A DNA stretch of 64,000 bases from an uncultured Candidatus Rokubacteria bacterium (GCA_963758635.1 CAVWWD010000007.1:288001-352000), one strand, 5' to 3'; positions 50,740 through 63,408 are shown, counted from the stretch's first letter. Translations and numbers: made by a program. Notes: generated by a model not told the origin, from the sequence alone.

Positions 50740-51354
50740 CTAGCGCCGGCGCCGGGCCACCCCCATGCCGACGAGCCCGAGGCCGACCAGCACCAGCGGC
50801 GCGGGGCCCGGCACCTGCGTCGTCGTCCCCGTGCCCGTGCCGTACAGCGAGAGATGGGAGAGATCCTTCCCTGCGTACATCTGCCACTCGCCGCAGATGT
50901 CCGCGCCCGCGGGCTTGTTGGCGATGGAGCAGCCGCCCTCCAGATCGAGATAGAAGTACGCCCACTTGGCCCCGTTGCCCGCGTCTTGGCCGTCCTTGAT
51001 GACCAGCACCAGATCCTCGAAGTTCAGCGAATCCAGGTCGACGAACCAGTTGCCGGCGTTCGAATTGTCGCCCGTGTTCTGCAGGGCGCCGTTGTTCGAG
51101 CCGCTGCCGTCATCATCGCTCTTGTCGATCAGCGTCCACGTGCCGCCGAGCAGCGTGACTATCTCCCCTTCCGAGTCGTTGTTGCTGCCGGCGAGGCCGA
51201 GGCCGCAGCTGGTGGTCGTCTTCGCGCCGGTAATGAACGAGTCCGGGTCTGTCGTGTCAACCGTGCACGTGGCGGCCTGGCCGACAGCCGCCCAGCCCAG
51301 CATGGCCAGGCTGGCCACGAACCCGAACGTCATGCCCCTTTTCAGCAGTCCCAT
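50740..51354 (-). CDS. PEP-CTERM-type sorted surface protein (VPGP variant)
   Basis: Signal peptide; D/N/S/G-rich body; LSHLSLY; T/G linker; VPGPAPLVLVGLGLVGMGVARRRR. Confidence 0.85.
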   Translation of the reverse strand: MGLLKRGMTFGFVASLAMLGWAAVGQAATCTVDTTDPDSFITGAKTTTSCGLGLAGSNNDSEGEIVTLLGGTWTLIDKSDDDGSGSNNGALQNTGDNSNAGNWFVDLDSLNFEDLVLVIKDGQDAGNGAKWAYFYLDLEGGCSIANKPAGADICGEWQMYAGKDLSHLSLYGTGTGTTTQVPGPAPLVLVGLGLVGMGVARRRR

Positions 51355-51425
51355 CTCTCCTATCCCCTTTTCTTCTTTTCGGTGTGACCGACGCAGGTGG
51401 CGTTCTCGGCCCGGCGGGGTGTAGG

Positions 51426-51441
51426 AGCAGGATGTGTGCCA
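51426..51441 (-). promoter_or_regulatory. Sigma54 (-24/-12) promoter of the PEP-CTERM gene
   Basis: Minus strand TGGCACacatcCTGCT, about 70 bp upstream of the ATG. Confidence 0.75.
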
Positions 51442-51667
51442 GGGGTCTCTGCGCGACACATTTCGCAAACTTGTCGGGCAGCGTCGCAGTTCGGTCCGGG
51501 GCTCTGTAAAGGTCTTGGAACAGATGGAGGTCGGAACCAACGAATTGCGGGGCGGTCGATCTGGAAATGTGTTGCCCACTGTGGCGAGACCCGGATCGGA
51601 AGAAGGAATCCTTTCTCGCGACGGGTTCGACGCGCTTCGAGGCACACATGTGAGGAGGGCTCGATGG

Positions 51668-52810
51668 CTACAGACTGCGCCAGAGCTGGGCGGACGCCAT
51701 GCGGGCGCCCTCGGCCATGGCCTTGAGCTTCTCCCACACGATCTCCGGCTCCACCTGGTTGTTGGAGCGCGCGAAGGTGCCGAAGCCGCAGTCGCTGCCC
51801 GCGAGCACGCGCTCGCGGCCCACGACCTCCGCGTAGCGCACGATGCGCTGGGCGACCAGCTCGGGATGCTCGATGAAGTTGGTCGTGGAGTCGACGACGC
51901 CGGGGATGAGGACCTTGTCCTCGGGGAGCTTGACCTCCTTGAAGACCACCCACTCGTGCTCGTGGCGCGGGTTGGCGCCCTCCAGCGAGAGGCCCTGCGG
52001 CCGCGCCCGCAGCACGATGCGGACGATCTCGCGGAGCGGGACGTCGCGGTGGTGGGGGCCCTCGTAGTTCCCCCAGCAGAGGTGAAGCCGCATCCGGTCG
52101 GGCGCGATGTCGCGGAGCGCGTGGTTGAGCGCCTCCACGTTGGCCTCGGCGATCTTGAGCCACTCCTTGGTGGGCATCTCGGCGAAGGCGAGGTGCCGGC
52201 CCATGGCGAGGTCGGGGCAGTCCACCTGCAGCGTATAGCCCGACGCCGCGATGGCGTCGTACTCCTCCTTCATGAGGTCGGCGAGCCGCGCCAGGTACGC
52301 CTCGCGCGACGGGTAGTGCTCGTTGCGCAGGAAGTGGGCGATGACGCCCGGCGAGGCCGCGGTCATGAACACGTCGGTGGGACGCGCGGCGGCGACGGCG
52401 GCGCGGAGATGCGCGATGTCCCGCTCGGGCGCGGCGCGGTCCTTCCACTCGATGGGGCCGGTGCACGAGGGGCGCGACACCGTGGAGCGGCCGACGCGCG
52501 CCGCCGCCGCGGGGAAGTCCCCCCAGTCGGCGCGCTGGGCCACGACGCTCGTGCCGTCGAACCCGGTCATCCGGTGGCGGACGTAGGTCGAGTAGCCGAC
52601 CTTGCCCTGCTCCCCGTCGTTGACCACGTCGACGCCGGCGTCCACCTGCTGCTGCACGATCTCGGTGACGGCGCGGCGCACGCGCGCCTCGAACGCCGCG
52701 GGATCGGGCGCCGTGCCCGCGTCCAGGGCCTCCAGCGTCGTGGTCAGGTCGGCCGGGCGCGGCAGGCTGCCGGTGTGGGTCGTGAGGATACGGTCGGTGC
52801 TGAGCTTCAT
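51668..52810 (-). CDS. Cobalamin-independent methionine synthase II family protein (MetE C-terminal-like)
   Basis: TTHTGSLPRP, DGEQGK, LHLCWGNY, E.ANPRH.HEW, PGVVDS, SDCGF. Confidence 0.9.
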   Translation of the reverse strand: MKLSTDRILTTHTGSLPRPADLTTTLEALDAGTAPDPAAFEARVRRAVTEIVQQQVDAGVDVVNDGEQGKVGYSTYVRHRMTGFDGTSVVAQRADWGDFPAAAARVGRSTVSRPSCTGPIEWKDRAAPERDIAHLRAAVAAARPTDVFMTAASPGVIAHFLRNEHYPSREAYLARLADLMKEEYDAIAASGYTLQVDCPDLAMGRHLAFAEMPTKEWLKIAEANVEALNHALRDIAPDRMRLHLCWGNYEGPHHRDVPLREIVRIVLRARPQGLSLEGANPRHEHEWVVFKEVKLPEDKVLIPGVVDSTTNFIEHPELVAQRIVRYAEVVGRERVLAGSDCGFGTFARSNNQVEPEIVWEKLKAMAEGARMASAQLWRSL

Positions 52811-52847
52811 GACAGGGTCTCCTTCCGGTCCGCGGGTGGTCCGGGCG

Positions 52848-54513
52848 TCAGGATGGGGTCGGGTTCGATTCGGCGAGGAAGAGCTCGCGCAGCCTGGCCT
52901 TCTGCGCCTTGTCGCCGTGGGGTCCGGGGGTGCGGGGCACGTCGGCCACGACGCGCACGGCGCGCGGCACCTTGTAGGACGCGATCTTGCCGCGGCAGTG
53001 ATCGACCAGCTCGGCCTCGGTGGGCGCCTCGCCGGCCCGGGGGATCACGTAGGCCACCGCCGCCTCGTTCAGCCGCGGGTCCGGCACGCCGATCACGAAG
53101 GCCTGCATGACCTTCGGGTGCGTCATCAGGTAGGCCTCGATCTCCGCCGGCGACGACCATGAAGTGGCTGATGCGGAGCGCCTCCCGGAGCCGGTTCCGG
53201 AAGATCGTGCGGCCATCCGCGTCGCGCCGCCCGAGGTCGCCGGTCTTGAACCAGCCGTCCTCGGTGAAGGCGGCGGCGGTCTCCTCGGGCTTGTCGTGGT
53301 AGCCCGGCGTGACGAGGCGGCCGCGAAACCACATCTCGCCCTCGCCGCCGGGCTCCACGTCTCGCCCCGTTCCCGGGTCGACCACGCGCACGTCCACGCC
53401 CTCCGCGGGCCACACGCCGGAGCGCGCGCGCTCCTCCACGGGCTCGTCCAGGTGATGGAGCAGGCAGAGCGCGTTCAGCTCGGTCATGCCGTAGGGCTGG
53501 TAGGCGTACGGCATCCCGAGGCGGCGCACGACCTCCTCGAAGAGCCCGTCGCGTCCACCGCCCGTCATGCCGATGCCGCCGGTGCGGAGCGCCGGCCGCG
53601 TCCGCCGCGCGAGGTCGGGATGATCGACGACGGCGATGGCCATGGCGTCCACCGCGTTCCACACGGAGATGCGCTCGCGCTCCATCAGGTGGAGCGCCAC
53701 GCCCGCCTCGAAGGTGTCCATGAGGACGAGGCAGCCGCCGTGGGCGAACGTCGTCTGCGGGATGCAGAGGCCGCCCCAGGTGCCGGACAAGGGCAGGGCG
53801 TGGAGCACGCGGTCGTCGGGGCTCAGGCGGAGCACGCCGCCCGCGTGCCAGCCGTGCGGCACCGCGTTCCGGTGGGTCACGATCGCGCCCTTGGGGAACG
53901 AGGTGGTACCCGACGTGTAGAGGATCGTGAACGGGTCGTCGGCGCGGAGGAGGACGCCGGCCCGGACGAGCGCGGCCTCCAGCTCGTCGTCGTCGGCGTC
54001 GCGGAGCACGTCGGCCAGGCGGAGGCAGCCCGGATACGGATCGTCGGCGTCCACGATCACGCGCGCGAGGCGCGGGAAGCCGGCGGCGTCGAGCGCGCCC
54101 GGCTCCGCGCGCGCGAGCCCCGGCAGCACCTGGCCCAGCGTCTCGAGGTAGTCCACGGGGCCGAGGTGATCGGTGAGCAGGAGCGTGGTGGCGTTCGACT
54201 GGCGGAGGATGTACGAGAGCTCGTGGGCCTTGTAGCGGGGGTTGAGCGCGACTACGACCGCGCCGGCCAGCGCGCAGCCGTACTGGGCGAAGAGCCACTC
54301 GGGGCGATTCGGCAGCCAGACCGCGACGGTGTCCCCCCGGCCCACGCCGAGCCCGATCAGCGCGCGGGCGAACCGCCGCGCCTCGCGCCAGAACGACGCG
54401 TAGGTGACGCGGCGGTCGGCGGCGACGATCGCCTCGCGCTCGGGCCAGCGCGCCGCGGCCACGGCGAGGAGATCCGCCGCCGTCGCGTCGATGAACGGGT
54501 TGCCCGTGGCCAT
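52848..54513 (-). CDS. AMP-binding acyl-CoA synthetase; frameshift near 53155
   Basis: YTSGTTSFPKG, YGMTE, GWFKTGDLG, EIEAYL..HP.V, IASYKVP. Confidence 0.9.
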
Positions 54514-54596
54514 GCGCCCGATCATACCCCGGCGTCCGGCCGGCGCTCGGACGAGGACGCCGGGCACTGGTGTCTGTTTCGGATGGAACCGTCGTT

Positions 54597-54717
54597 CCCT
54601 CTCCCCCAAAAAGGGGAGAGGGCAGGGTGAGGGGCGGTCGAACCAGCATGCGGAACGTCTGGCCGCGAGGTAGTGCCACCGACCCTCACCCCGGCCCTCT
54701 CCCTGGAAGGGAGAGGG
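54597..54717. repeat. Inverted pair of REP-like palindromes
   Basis: ccctctcccccaaaaaggggagagggcagggtgagggg (54597-54634) and ccctcaccccggccctctccctggaagggagaggg (54683-54717). Confidence 0.85.
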
Positions 54718-54791
54718 AGAGACGCGAGCATCGGCGCCTCAAATTGCGACACCGGACGGGGCGCTTGACCGTCGATGCCGCGCCCGCCACC

Positions 54792-56198
54792 ATGACGACC
54801 GTGAGCGAGCTCCGCCTCTGCATTGACGACGAGCGCGTGCTCGGCATCGCCGCGGCCGTGCGCGACGCCGGTGGGCGCGCGCTGCTCGTGGGCGGTGTCG
54901 TGCGCGACGCCCTCGCGGGGGCGCCTCCGCCGCTCCGCGACGTGGACCTGGAGGTCTACGGGATCGACGGCGAGCGGCTCCGGGCCCTCCTCGGCCGGTT
55001 CGGCCCCGTGAACGCCGTGGGCGCGGCGTTCACCGTGTACCGCGTGGGCGACATCGACGTGAGCATCCCGCGGCGCGACTCGAAGACCGGGCGCGGGCAC
55101 CGCGGCTTCACCGTGACCGGCGATCCGACGATGACGGTGGAGGAAGCGGCCCACCGGCGGGACTTCACGGTGAACGCGATCCTCGCCGATCCGCTGACCG
55201 GCCGGGTGATCGATCCCGTCGGCGGCGTCGCCGACCTCTCCGCGCGGCGGCTCCGCGTGGTGGACGCGGCCACCTTCGGCGAGGACTCGCTCCGCGTGCT
55301 TCGCGCCATGCAGCTCGCCGCCCGCTTCGAGCTGACCCTCGACCCCGACACGGTGGCGGTCTGCCGGGCCGTCGCCCTCGACGACCTGCCCGCGGAGCGC
55401 GTCCAGGGCGAGTTCGACAAGCTGCTGCTGCGCGCGCGCCGGCCGTCCATCGGGCTTCAGGTGGGGCGCGACCTCGGCGTCATCGACGCTCTGTTCCCCG
55501 AGCTGGCCGCGCTCGTGGGATGCGCGCAGGAGCCCGCCTGGCACCCCGAAGGCGACGTGTGGGTGCACACGCTCCAGGTGGTGGACGTGGCCACCGGCCT
55601 GATCGACGACCTCCCGCGCCCGAAGCGGCTCACCGTGATGCTGGGCGCGCTCTGCCACGACCTCGGCAAGCCCTCGACCACCGAGCTCCGCGAGGGCCGC
55701 ATCCGGTCATTTGACCACGAGGACGCCGGCGTGGCGCCGACGCGCGCCGTGCTGGACCGGCTGAACGTCCACACCCTGGACGGCTACGACGTGCGCGGGC
55801 AGGTGATCGCGCTGGTGGCCGATCACCTCAAGCCCGGGCAGTTCTTCCAGGCGCGCGATCGGGTCGGCGACGCCGCGTTCCGGCGCCTCGCCGTGCGCTG
55901 CGAGCTGGACCTGCTCTACCGGGTGGCGAAGGCCGACGCGCTGGGGCGGCGCAAGGAGGGCGCGCCCGCGCCCAGCGCCGAAGCCCAGGAGTGGTTCCTC
56001 GATCGGGCGCGGGCGCTCGAGGTCGCTAGCGAGGCGCCGCGCCCGCTCGTCCTCGGGCGGCATCTCCTCGCGATGGGGCTCTCGCCGGGGCCGCGAATCG
56101 GCGAGATCACCCGGAGAGTCTACGAGCTGCAGCTCGACGGCGCCGTGGCCACCCTCGACGAGGCGCTGGCGGCGGCGAGGCAGCTCGCCGAGAGCTGA
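54792..56198 (+). CDS. cca: CCA tRNA nucleotidyltransferase with HD domain
   Basis: VGGVVRD...DVDLE, RRDFTVNA, EDSLRVLR, ERV..EF.K, WHPEGDV..HT, HDLGK. Confidence 0.85.
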   Translation: MTTVSELRLCIDDERVLGIAAAVRDAGGRALLVGGVVRDALAGAPPPLRDVDLEVYGIDGERLRALLGRFGPVNAVGAAFTVYRVGDIDVSIPRRDSKTGRGHRGFTVTGDPTMTVEEAAHRRDFTVNAILADPLTGRVIDPVGGVADLSARRLRVVDAATFGEDSLRVLRAMQLAARFELTLDPDTVAVCRAVALDDLPAERVQGEFDKLLLRARRPSIGLQVGRDLGVIDALFPELAALVGCAQEPAWHPEGDVWVHTLQVVDVATGLIDDLPRPKRLTVMLGALCHDLGKPSTTELREGRIRSFDHEDAGVAPTRAVLDRLNVHTLDGYDVRGQVIALVADHLKPGQFFQARDRVGDAAFRRLAVRCELDLLYRVAKADALGRRKEGAPAPSAEAQEWFLDRARALEVASEAPRPLVLGRHLLAMGLSPGPRIGEITRRVYELQLDGAVATLDEALAAARQLAES

Positions 56199-56267
56199 TC
56201 CCTCGCGGCTGATGTCGCGGTTCGCCCTGCCGGAAGCGCGGCGGGGCGGCAGCCCGAGTCGGGACGT

Positions 56268-56302
56268 GTCATACGTACGATACAGTTTGCAGTACGTACG
56301 AC
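56268..56302. promoter_or_regulatory. Inverted-repeat operator of the toxin-antitoxin operon
   Basis: gtcatacgtac-N13-gtacgtacgac, an AT-rich island just upstream of the antitoxin RBS. Confidence 0.65.
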
Positions 56303-56335
56303 ATGGCGGTAGCGTGATTCGCACGGGAGGCGATC

Positions 56336-56593
56336 ATGACCGATCCGACCAGGCTCACCGCGTCCAAGCTCCGCCAGAACGTGTACCGGATCCTCGACCA
56401 GGTGCTCGACACCGGCGTGGCCGTCGAGATCGAACGTCACGGGCGCCGGCTCCGCATCGTGCCCGCCACGGCCGGACGCGCTCCAGTCCGGAGCAAGCTG
56501 AGCCGGCTCAGAGGCCCGGGCCGCCGCCGCTACTTGCGCTGCGCGCCGGAGGCTCTCGTGCACATCGACTGGTCCCGCGAATGGCGGCCGTGA
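56336..56593 (+). CDS. Phd/YefM-type antitoxin
   Basis: TASKLRQNVYRILDQVLDTG..VEIERHGR.L.I; overlaps the PIN gene at GTGA. Confidence 0.8.
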   Translation: MTDPTRLTASKLRQNVYRILDQVLDTGVAVEIERHGRRLRIVPATAGRAPVRSKLSRLRGPGRRRYLRCAPEALVHIDWSREWRP

Positions 56594-56971
56594 TCTATCT
56601 CGACACGCACGTGGCCGCGTGGCTCTACGACGGGCGGGCCGATCTCATCCCGTCGAGGGCGCGTGCCCTCATCGAGGCTCGGCCCGTGCTGGCGTCACCG
56701 ATGGTCGTGCTGGAGCTCGAGTACCTGTTCGAGACCGGCCGCACGCGGGAGTCCGCCCGTACCGTCCTGCAAGGGCTGGGACGCGACATCGGCCTCCGGT
56801 TGTGCGACCTTCCGTTCGCCAACGTCGCCGGGGCGGCGGTGCGCCAGTCGTGGACCCGCGATCCCTTCGATCGGATCATCGTGGCCCAGGCGGCGGTCCG
56901 AGGCGCGCCCCTGATCACGAAGGATGCCGGAGATCCGCGCCCACTACCAACGGGCCATCTGGGGGCGCTGA
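56590..56971 (+). CDS. PIN-domain (VapC-like) toxin; frameshift near 56928
   Basis: IYLDTHV..W, SP...LELEYL, WTRDPFDR.IVAQA, LITKD, then EIRAHY..AIW in the shifted frame. Confidence 0.87.
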
Positions 56972-56988
56972 CCCAGGATCCTCGCGCC

Positions 56989-58604
<1,616 letters not shown>

Positions 58605-58608
<4 letters not shown>

Positions 58609-59627
58609 AGGCCCTTCCGGGGATCGAAGGCGTCGCGGATCGCCTCGCCGACGAAGACGAGGAGCGAGAGCGTGGTGGCGAGCACGAGGAAGCCGGTGAG
58701 GCCGATCCACGGGGCCTGCAGATTCGCCTTGCCCTGGGCGAGGATCTCGCCGAGCGAGGCGGAGCCGGGGGGCAGCCCGAAGCCCAGGAAGTCGAGCGAG
58801 GTGAGCGTGGTGATCGACCCGTTGAGCACGAAGGGCAGGAAGGTGAGCGTGGCGACCATGGCGTTCGGCAGCACGTGGCGGAACATGATCACGCGGGTGC
58901 GCACGCCGAGGGCGCGCGCCGCGCGGACGTAGTCGAAGTTCCGGGCGCGCAGGAACTCCGCGCGCACGACCGAGACCAGCGCGGTCCAGCTCCACAGGAG
59001 CATCAGCCCGAGGAGCCACCAGAACCCCGGCTCCACCAGGCTCGCCAGGATGATCAGGAGGTAGAGCACGGGCAGCCCCGACCAGATCTCGAGCGCGCGC
59101 TGGAAGACCAGGTCGACCCACCCGCCGAAGTAGCCCTGGACGGCGCCGGCGGCGATGCCGATCACCGACGACGCCACGGTGAGGACCAGCCCGAAGAGCA
59201 CCGAGATGCGGAACGCGTAGATGAGCCGGGCGAGGAGGTCGCGCGCCTGGTCGTCGGTGCCGAGCCAGTTCGCGGCCGACGGGCGCCCGGGCGCGGGCAC
59301 GGTGAGCGCGTAGTTCATCGTGCGGTACGAGTAGCGGATCGGCGGCCAGAGCATCCAGCCCTTGTCCTCGATCAGCTCGCGCACGAAGGGATCGCGGTAG
59401 TCGGCGGGGGTAGGCAGCGCGCCACCGAAGGCCGTCTCCGGATACGACACGAGGACGGGAACGAACCAGCGCCTGTCGTGACGGACGAGAATCGGGCGGT
59501 CGTTGGCGATGACCTCCGCGCCCAGGCTCACGCCGAAGAACGCGAGGAAGATCCACAAGGACCACCAGCCGCGGCGGTTCGCGCGGAAGGCGCGGAGGCG
59601 GCGCCGGGTGAGGGGGGAGAGCGCCAC
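58605..59627 (-). CDS. yejE: Peptide ABC transporter permease
   Basis: F.ANRRG.WSL, IANDRP, YPET.FGG, NWLGTDDQARD, VRAEFLRARNFDYV, AIRDAFDPRK. Confidence 0.9.
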
Positions 59628-59630
59628 CGG

Positions 59631-60737
59631 TCAGCCCTCGCGCCGCTCGAAGTCGATGCGCGGGTCGACGGCGACGTAGGTGAGGTCGCTCAGGATGTTC
59701 AGGAGCAAGCCGATCAGCGTGTAGATGTAGAGCGTGCCGAACATCACCGGGTAGTCCCGGTTGATCGCCGCCTCGAAGCCGAGCAGCCCCAGGCCGTCGA
59801 GCGAGAAGATGACCTCGACGAGGAGCGCCCCGGTGAAGAGGATGCCGATGAACGCGGCGGGGAAGCCGGCGACCACGATCAGCATGGCGTTCCTGAACAC
59901 GTGGCCGTAGAGCACCCGGCGCCGCGACAGGCCCTTGGCCCGCGCGGTCACGACGTACTGCTTGCCGATCTCCTCGAGGAACGAGTTCTTCGTGAGCATG
60001 GTGAGCCCGGCGAACCCGCCGGCGAGCAGCGCGGTCACGGGCAGCGTGATGTGCCAGAGGTAGTCCAGCACGCGCGCCGGCCACGAGAGCGACCGCCAGT
60101 CGGGCGACAGGAGCCCGCGGAGCGGGAACCAGTCGAGGAAGCTCCCGCCCGCGAAGAGCACCACGAGCAGGATGGCGAAGAGGAACCCGGGGATCGCGTA
60201 GCCCACGATCACCACCGCGCTCGACCACACGTCGAAGGCCGAGCCGTCGCGCACGGCCTTGGCGATGCCGAGCGGGATCGACACCAGGTAGACCAGCACG
60301 GTGGTCCAGAGCCCGAGCGAGATCGACACCGGCAGCTTCTCGCGCACCAGGTCGATCACCGGCCGGTCGCGGAAGAAGCTCTGCCCGAAGTCGAAGAGCG
60401 CGTAGCTCTTCAGCATCTTGACGAAGCGCTCCACCGGCGGCCGGTCGAAGCCGTACATGCGCTCGAGCTGCCGGATCAGCTCCGGGTCCATCCCGCGCGC
60501 CCCGCGGTACTGGCTGGCCGGGTCCGAGGCGGTCGCGGCGCGCGGCGCCTGGGGAGCGTCGCCGCGCGCGCTGCCGCCGATGCGGGACGTGGGGTCGCCG
60601 CCCGCGCCCTTGATGCGGGCGATGGTCTGCTCCACCGGCCCGCCGGGCGCGGCCTGGATGATGACGAAGTTGACCAGCATGATGCCGAAGAGGGTAGGGA
60701 CGATCAGGACCAGGCGCCGGAGGACGTAGCCGAGCAT
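59631..60737 (-). CDS. yejB: Peptide ABC transporter permease
   Basis: [53 protein letters not shown]. Confidence 0.92.
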   Translation of the reverse strand: MLGYVLRRLVLIVPTLFGIMLVNFVIIQAAPGGPVEQTIARIKGAGGDPTSRIGGSARGDAPQAPRAATASDPASQYRGARGMDPELIRQLERMYGFDRPPVERFVKMLKSYALFDFGQSFFRDRPVIDLVREKLPVSISLGLWTTVLVYLVSIPLGIAKAVRDGSAFDVWSSAVVIVGYAIPGFLFAILLVVLFAGGSFLDWFPLRGLLSPDWRSLSWPARVLDYLWHITLPVTALLAGGFAGLTMLTKNSFLEEIGKQYVVTARAKGLSRRRVLYGHVFRNAMLIVVAGFPAAFIGILFTGALLVEVIFSLDGLGLLGFEAAINRDYPVMFGTLYIYTLIGLLLNILSDLTYVAVDPRIDFERREG

Positions 60738-60744
60738 CGCGCCC

Positions 60745-62594
60745 CTACCTCGCCTCTCCCCGCCGGGCGTCGAGCGCCGCCGCCTTGGCCGGGTCGATCC
60801 ACCAGCCGTCGAAGCCCAGGGAGTAGCGCGGGGTCACCCGCGGCCGCCCGAAGCGGTCCCAGTAGGCGAGGCGGAAGCCCTGGAAGTGATAGTGGGGGAC
60901 CGCGTAGTGCCCCCACAGCAGCACCCGGTCCAGCGCGCGCGTCCGCGCGATCAGGCCCGCTCGGTCCGGCGCGGCGACCACCAGGTCGATGAGCGCGTCC
61001 ACCACCGGGTCCTTGATGCCGGCGAGGTTGCGGCTGCCGGGCACGTCCGCCTTCTCCGTCGACCAGAAGTCCCGCTGCTCGTTGCCCGGGGACAGCGACT
61101 GCCCCCACACCGTCACCGTCAGGTCGAAGTCGAAATGGTCGAGCCGGTACTGGTACTGCGCGGCGTCCACCGTGCGGACGCGCGCGGCCACGCCGAGGCG
61201 CTCCAGGTTCTTCACGAACGGCAGCGCGATCCGCTCGAACGAGGCGTCGTCCACGAGGATCTCCAGGCTCATGGGCTCGCCCGTCCGCGCGTTCACCAGG
61301 CGCTGGTCCCGCACGACCCAGCCCGCCTCCCGGAGGAGGGCCAGCGCCTCGATCACCCCCGGGCGGATGAAGCCGGAGCCGTCGGTGGTGGGCGGGCGGT
61401 ACTCGCGCGTGAACACCTCCTCGGGCACGCGGCCGCGGAAGGGCTCGAGGACGGCGAGCTCCTCGGGGCTGGGCAGGCCGCGGGAGGCGAGCTCGGAGTT
61501 CGAGAAGTAGCTGGCCGTCCGGGTGTAGGCGCCGTAGAAGAGGTGCGCGTTGCTCCACTCGAAGTCGAACGCGTGGGCGAGGGCGGCGCGCACGCGGCGG
61601 TCCTGGAGCACCGGCCGCCGCGTGTTGTAGACGAACCCCTGCATGCCGGTGGGGATCTCGTGGCGGATCGTCTCCCGGCGGATCAGCCCCTGGCGGAGCG
61701 CGGGGCTGTCGTAGCCGCGGGCCCAGGCCTTGGCGGAGTTCTCGTCGCGGAAGTCGTAGGCCCCGGCCTTGAACGCCTCCAGCGAGACGGTGGAGTCGCG
61801 GTAGTAGTCGTAGCGGATCACGTCGAAGTTGAAGCGGCCGACGTTGACGGGCAGCTTCGCGCCCCAGTAGTCGGGCACGCGCCGGTAGGTGATCGACCGC
61901 CCGGGATCGACGGACTCCACCCGGTACGCGCCGCTGCCCAGCGGCGGCTCGAGCGTGGTGCGGTCGAAGGGCCGGCGGCTCCACGCCGCGCGCGAGAGCA
62001 CCGGCATCTGGCCGGTGATGAGGGCCAGCTCCCGGTTGTCGCCGGGGGCGAACGTGAAGCGAACCTTGCGGGGCCCGAGGGCCTCCACCGACGCCACCTT
62101 GGCGTAGTACGCGCGGTAGAAGGGATGTCCCTTGGCGCGGAGCGTCTGGAACGTCCAGACCGCGTCGTCCGCGGTGACCGGGGTCCCGTCGTGGAACCGC
62201 GCCTCGGCGCGCAGCGTGTAGGCGACCCAGGAGCGGTCCGCGGGCAGCTCCACGCTCTCGGCCAGGAGCCCGTACTCGGCGAACGCCTCGTCCGACGAGG
62301 CCACCGTGAGGGTCTCGAAGACGCCGCCGATGCCGACGGCGGGCACCCCCTTCAGGATGAAGGGATTCAAGTTGTCGAAGGTGCCCGACGGCGGCGAGCT
62401 TGACGAGGCCGCCCTTGGGCGCGTCGGGGTTCACGTAGTCGAAGTGGCGGAACGACGGACCGTACTTCAGGTCGCCGTACATCGACAGCCCGTGGCTGAC
62501 CGAGGGGGCCGGGGGAGTCTTCTGGGCGAGCGGCGGGGACGGACAGGAGCGCGGCGAGGGAGAGCGTTGCGACGAGGACTCGTATGGCTCCCAT
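60745..62594 (-). CDS. yejA: Peptide ABC transporter substrate-binding protein; frameshifts near 62520 and 62385
   Basis: [11 protein letters not shown]...[50 protein letters not shown]. Confidence 0.88.
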
Positions 62595-62629
62595 CCCGAT
62601 CGCTCGAGCGCGGAGGGCGCTGGACCGGC

Positions 62630-62812
62630 TCAAGCCTGGGGCCGGGGCGGCGCCTTCTTCGCCTCCTCCTTCATGTAGCGCTCCATCGCCTCCATGAGGA
62701 GGCCGAGCGCTTCCTTCTCGGTGCGGCCGGTCGCCGTCACGTTCGGGTAGGCCACCGCCATCGCCTTGAACACGCCGCCCTCCTCCGCGGTCAGCTCGAC
62801 CTCGAATCTCAT
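62630..62812 (-). CDS. Small HicB-like (partial RNase H fold) protein
   Basis: F.VEL..EEGG.F.A....YP...ATG.T.KEAL..L.EAM..Y. Confidence 0.65.
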   Translation of the reverse strand: MRFEVELTAEEGGVFKAMAVAYPNVTATGRTEKEALGLLMEAMERYMKEEAKKAPPRPQA

Positions 62813-62829
62813 CCGGCCCCCGGTCCGGC

Positions 62830-63291
62830 CTACGGCCGGCTCTTGGCCTCCTCGATGAGCTTGCCCAGGCGCGAGCCCGAGCGGACCGGCTCGACGAAGA
62901 GGATGTGATCGGCGTTGAGGATCAACGTGTCCGGCTCGTCGGCGCCGCGCTTCGCCAGCGACTCGACGGCCTTGCCCCCCTCTCCCGGCTTGCTCTGGAG
63001 CGTGTAGATGTCGGAGAGGACGGGGAAGGCCGAGTCGAGCTTCTCGAGGCGGCCGACGAACACCTGCCCGCTCGTCAGCGTCACCGCCTGGTAGCGCGTG
63101 GTGATCGCCGCGCCACCCGCCGCGGCCTGGGGCGGGCGTGATGGGCCGGCGAGTATCAGCCCGGCGAGGAGGCCGATCACGATCCCGGCCGCGAGCCCGA
63201 CCAGGAGGAAGACGTACCGGCGCCGGCGGCGGGCGTACCGATCGCTCGGCCGCATCCGCCTGGACTGCTCGATCACCGCCTCGGTCGCCAT
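62830..63291 (-). CDS. Hypothetical membrane-anchored protein
   Basis: One TM helix after an Arg run; YQAVTLTSGQVFVGRL and ILN.DHILFVEPV. Confidence 0.7.
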   Translation of the reverse strand: MATEAVIEQSRRMRPSDRYARRRRRYVFLLVGLAAGIVIGLLAGLILAGPSRPPQAAAGGAAITTRYQAVTLTSGQVFVGRLEKLDSAFPVLSDIYTLQSKPGEGGKAVESLAKRGADEPDTLILNADHILFVEPVRSGSRLGKLIEEAKSRP

Positions 63292-63408
63292 GTCGCCTCT
63301 CGGGTCGTCTGGACCCGGCGCAGGCGCCTGGTCCGTGCGGCGATCTTAGCACGCGGCCTTCCGGGCCCTGGCAGGGCGCGGCGGATCCGTCGCGCCCTGG
63401 CCGCGCGG

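Noticed and set aside
54597..54717. REP-like pair as a novel element
   Set aside because: The CCCTCACCCC..CCCTCTCCC..GGGAGAGGG palindrome is a familiar intergenic repeat in GC-rich bacteria; kept as a feature only
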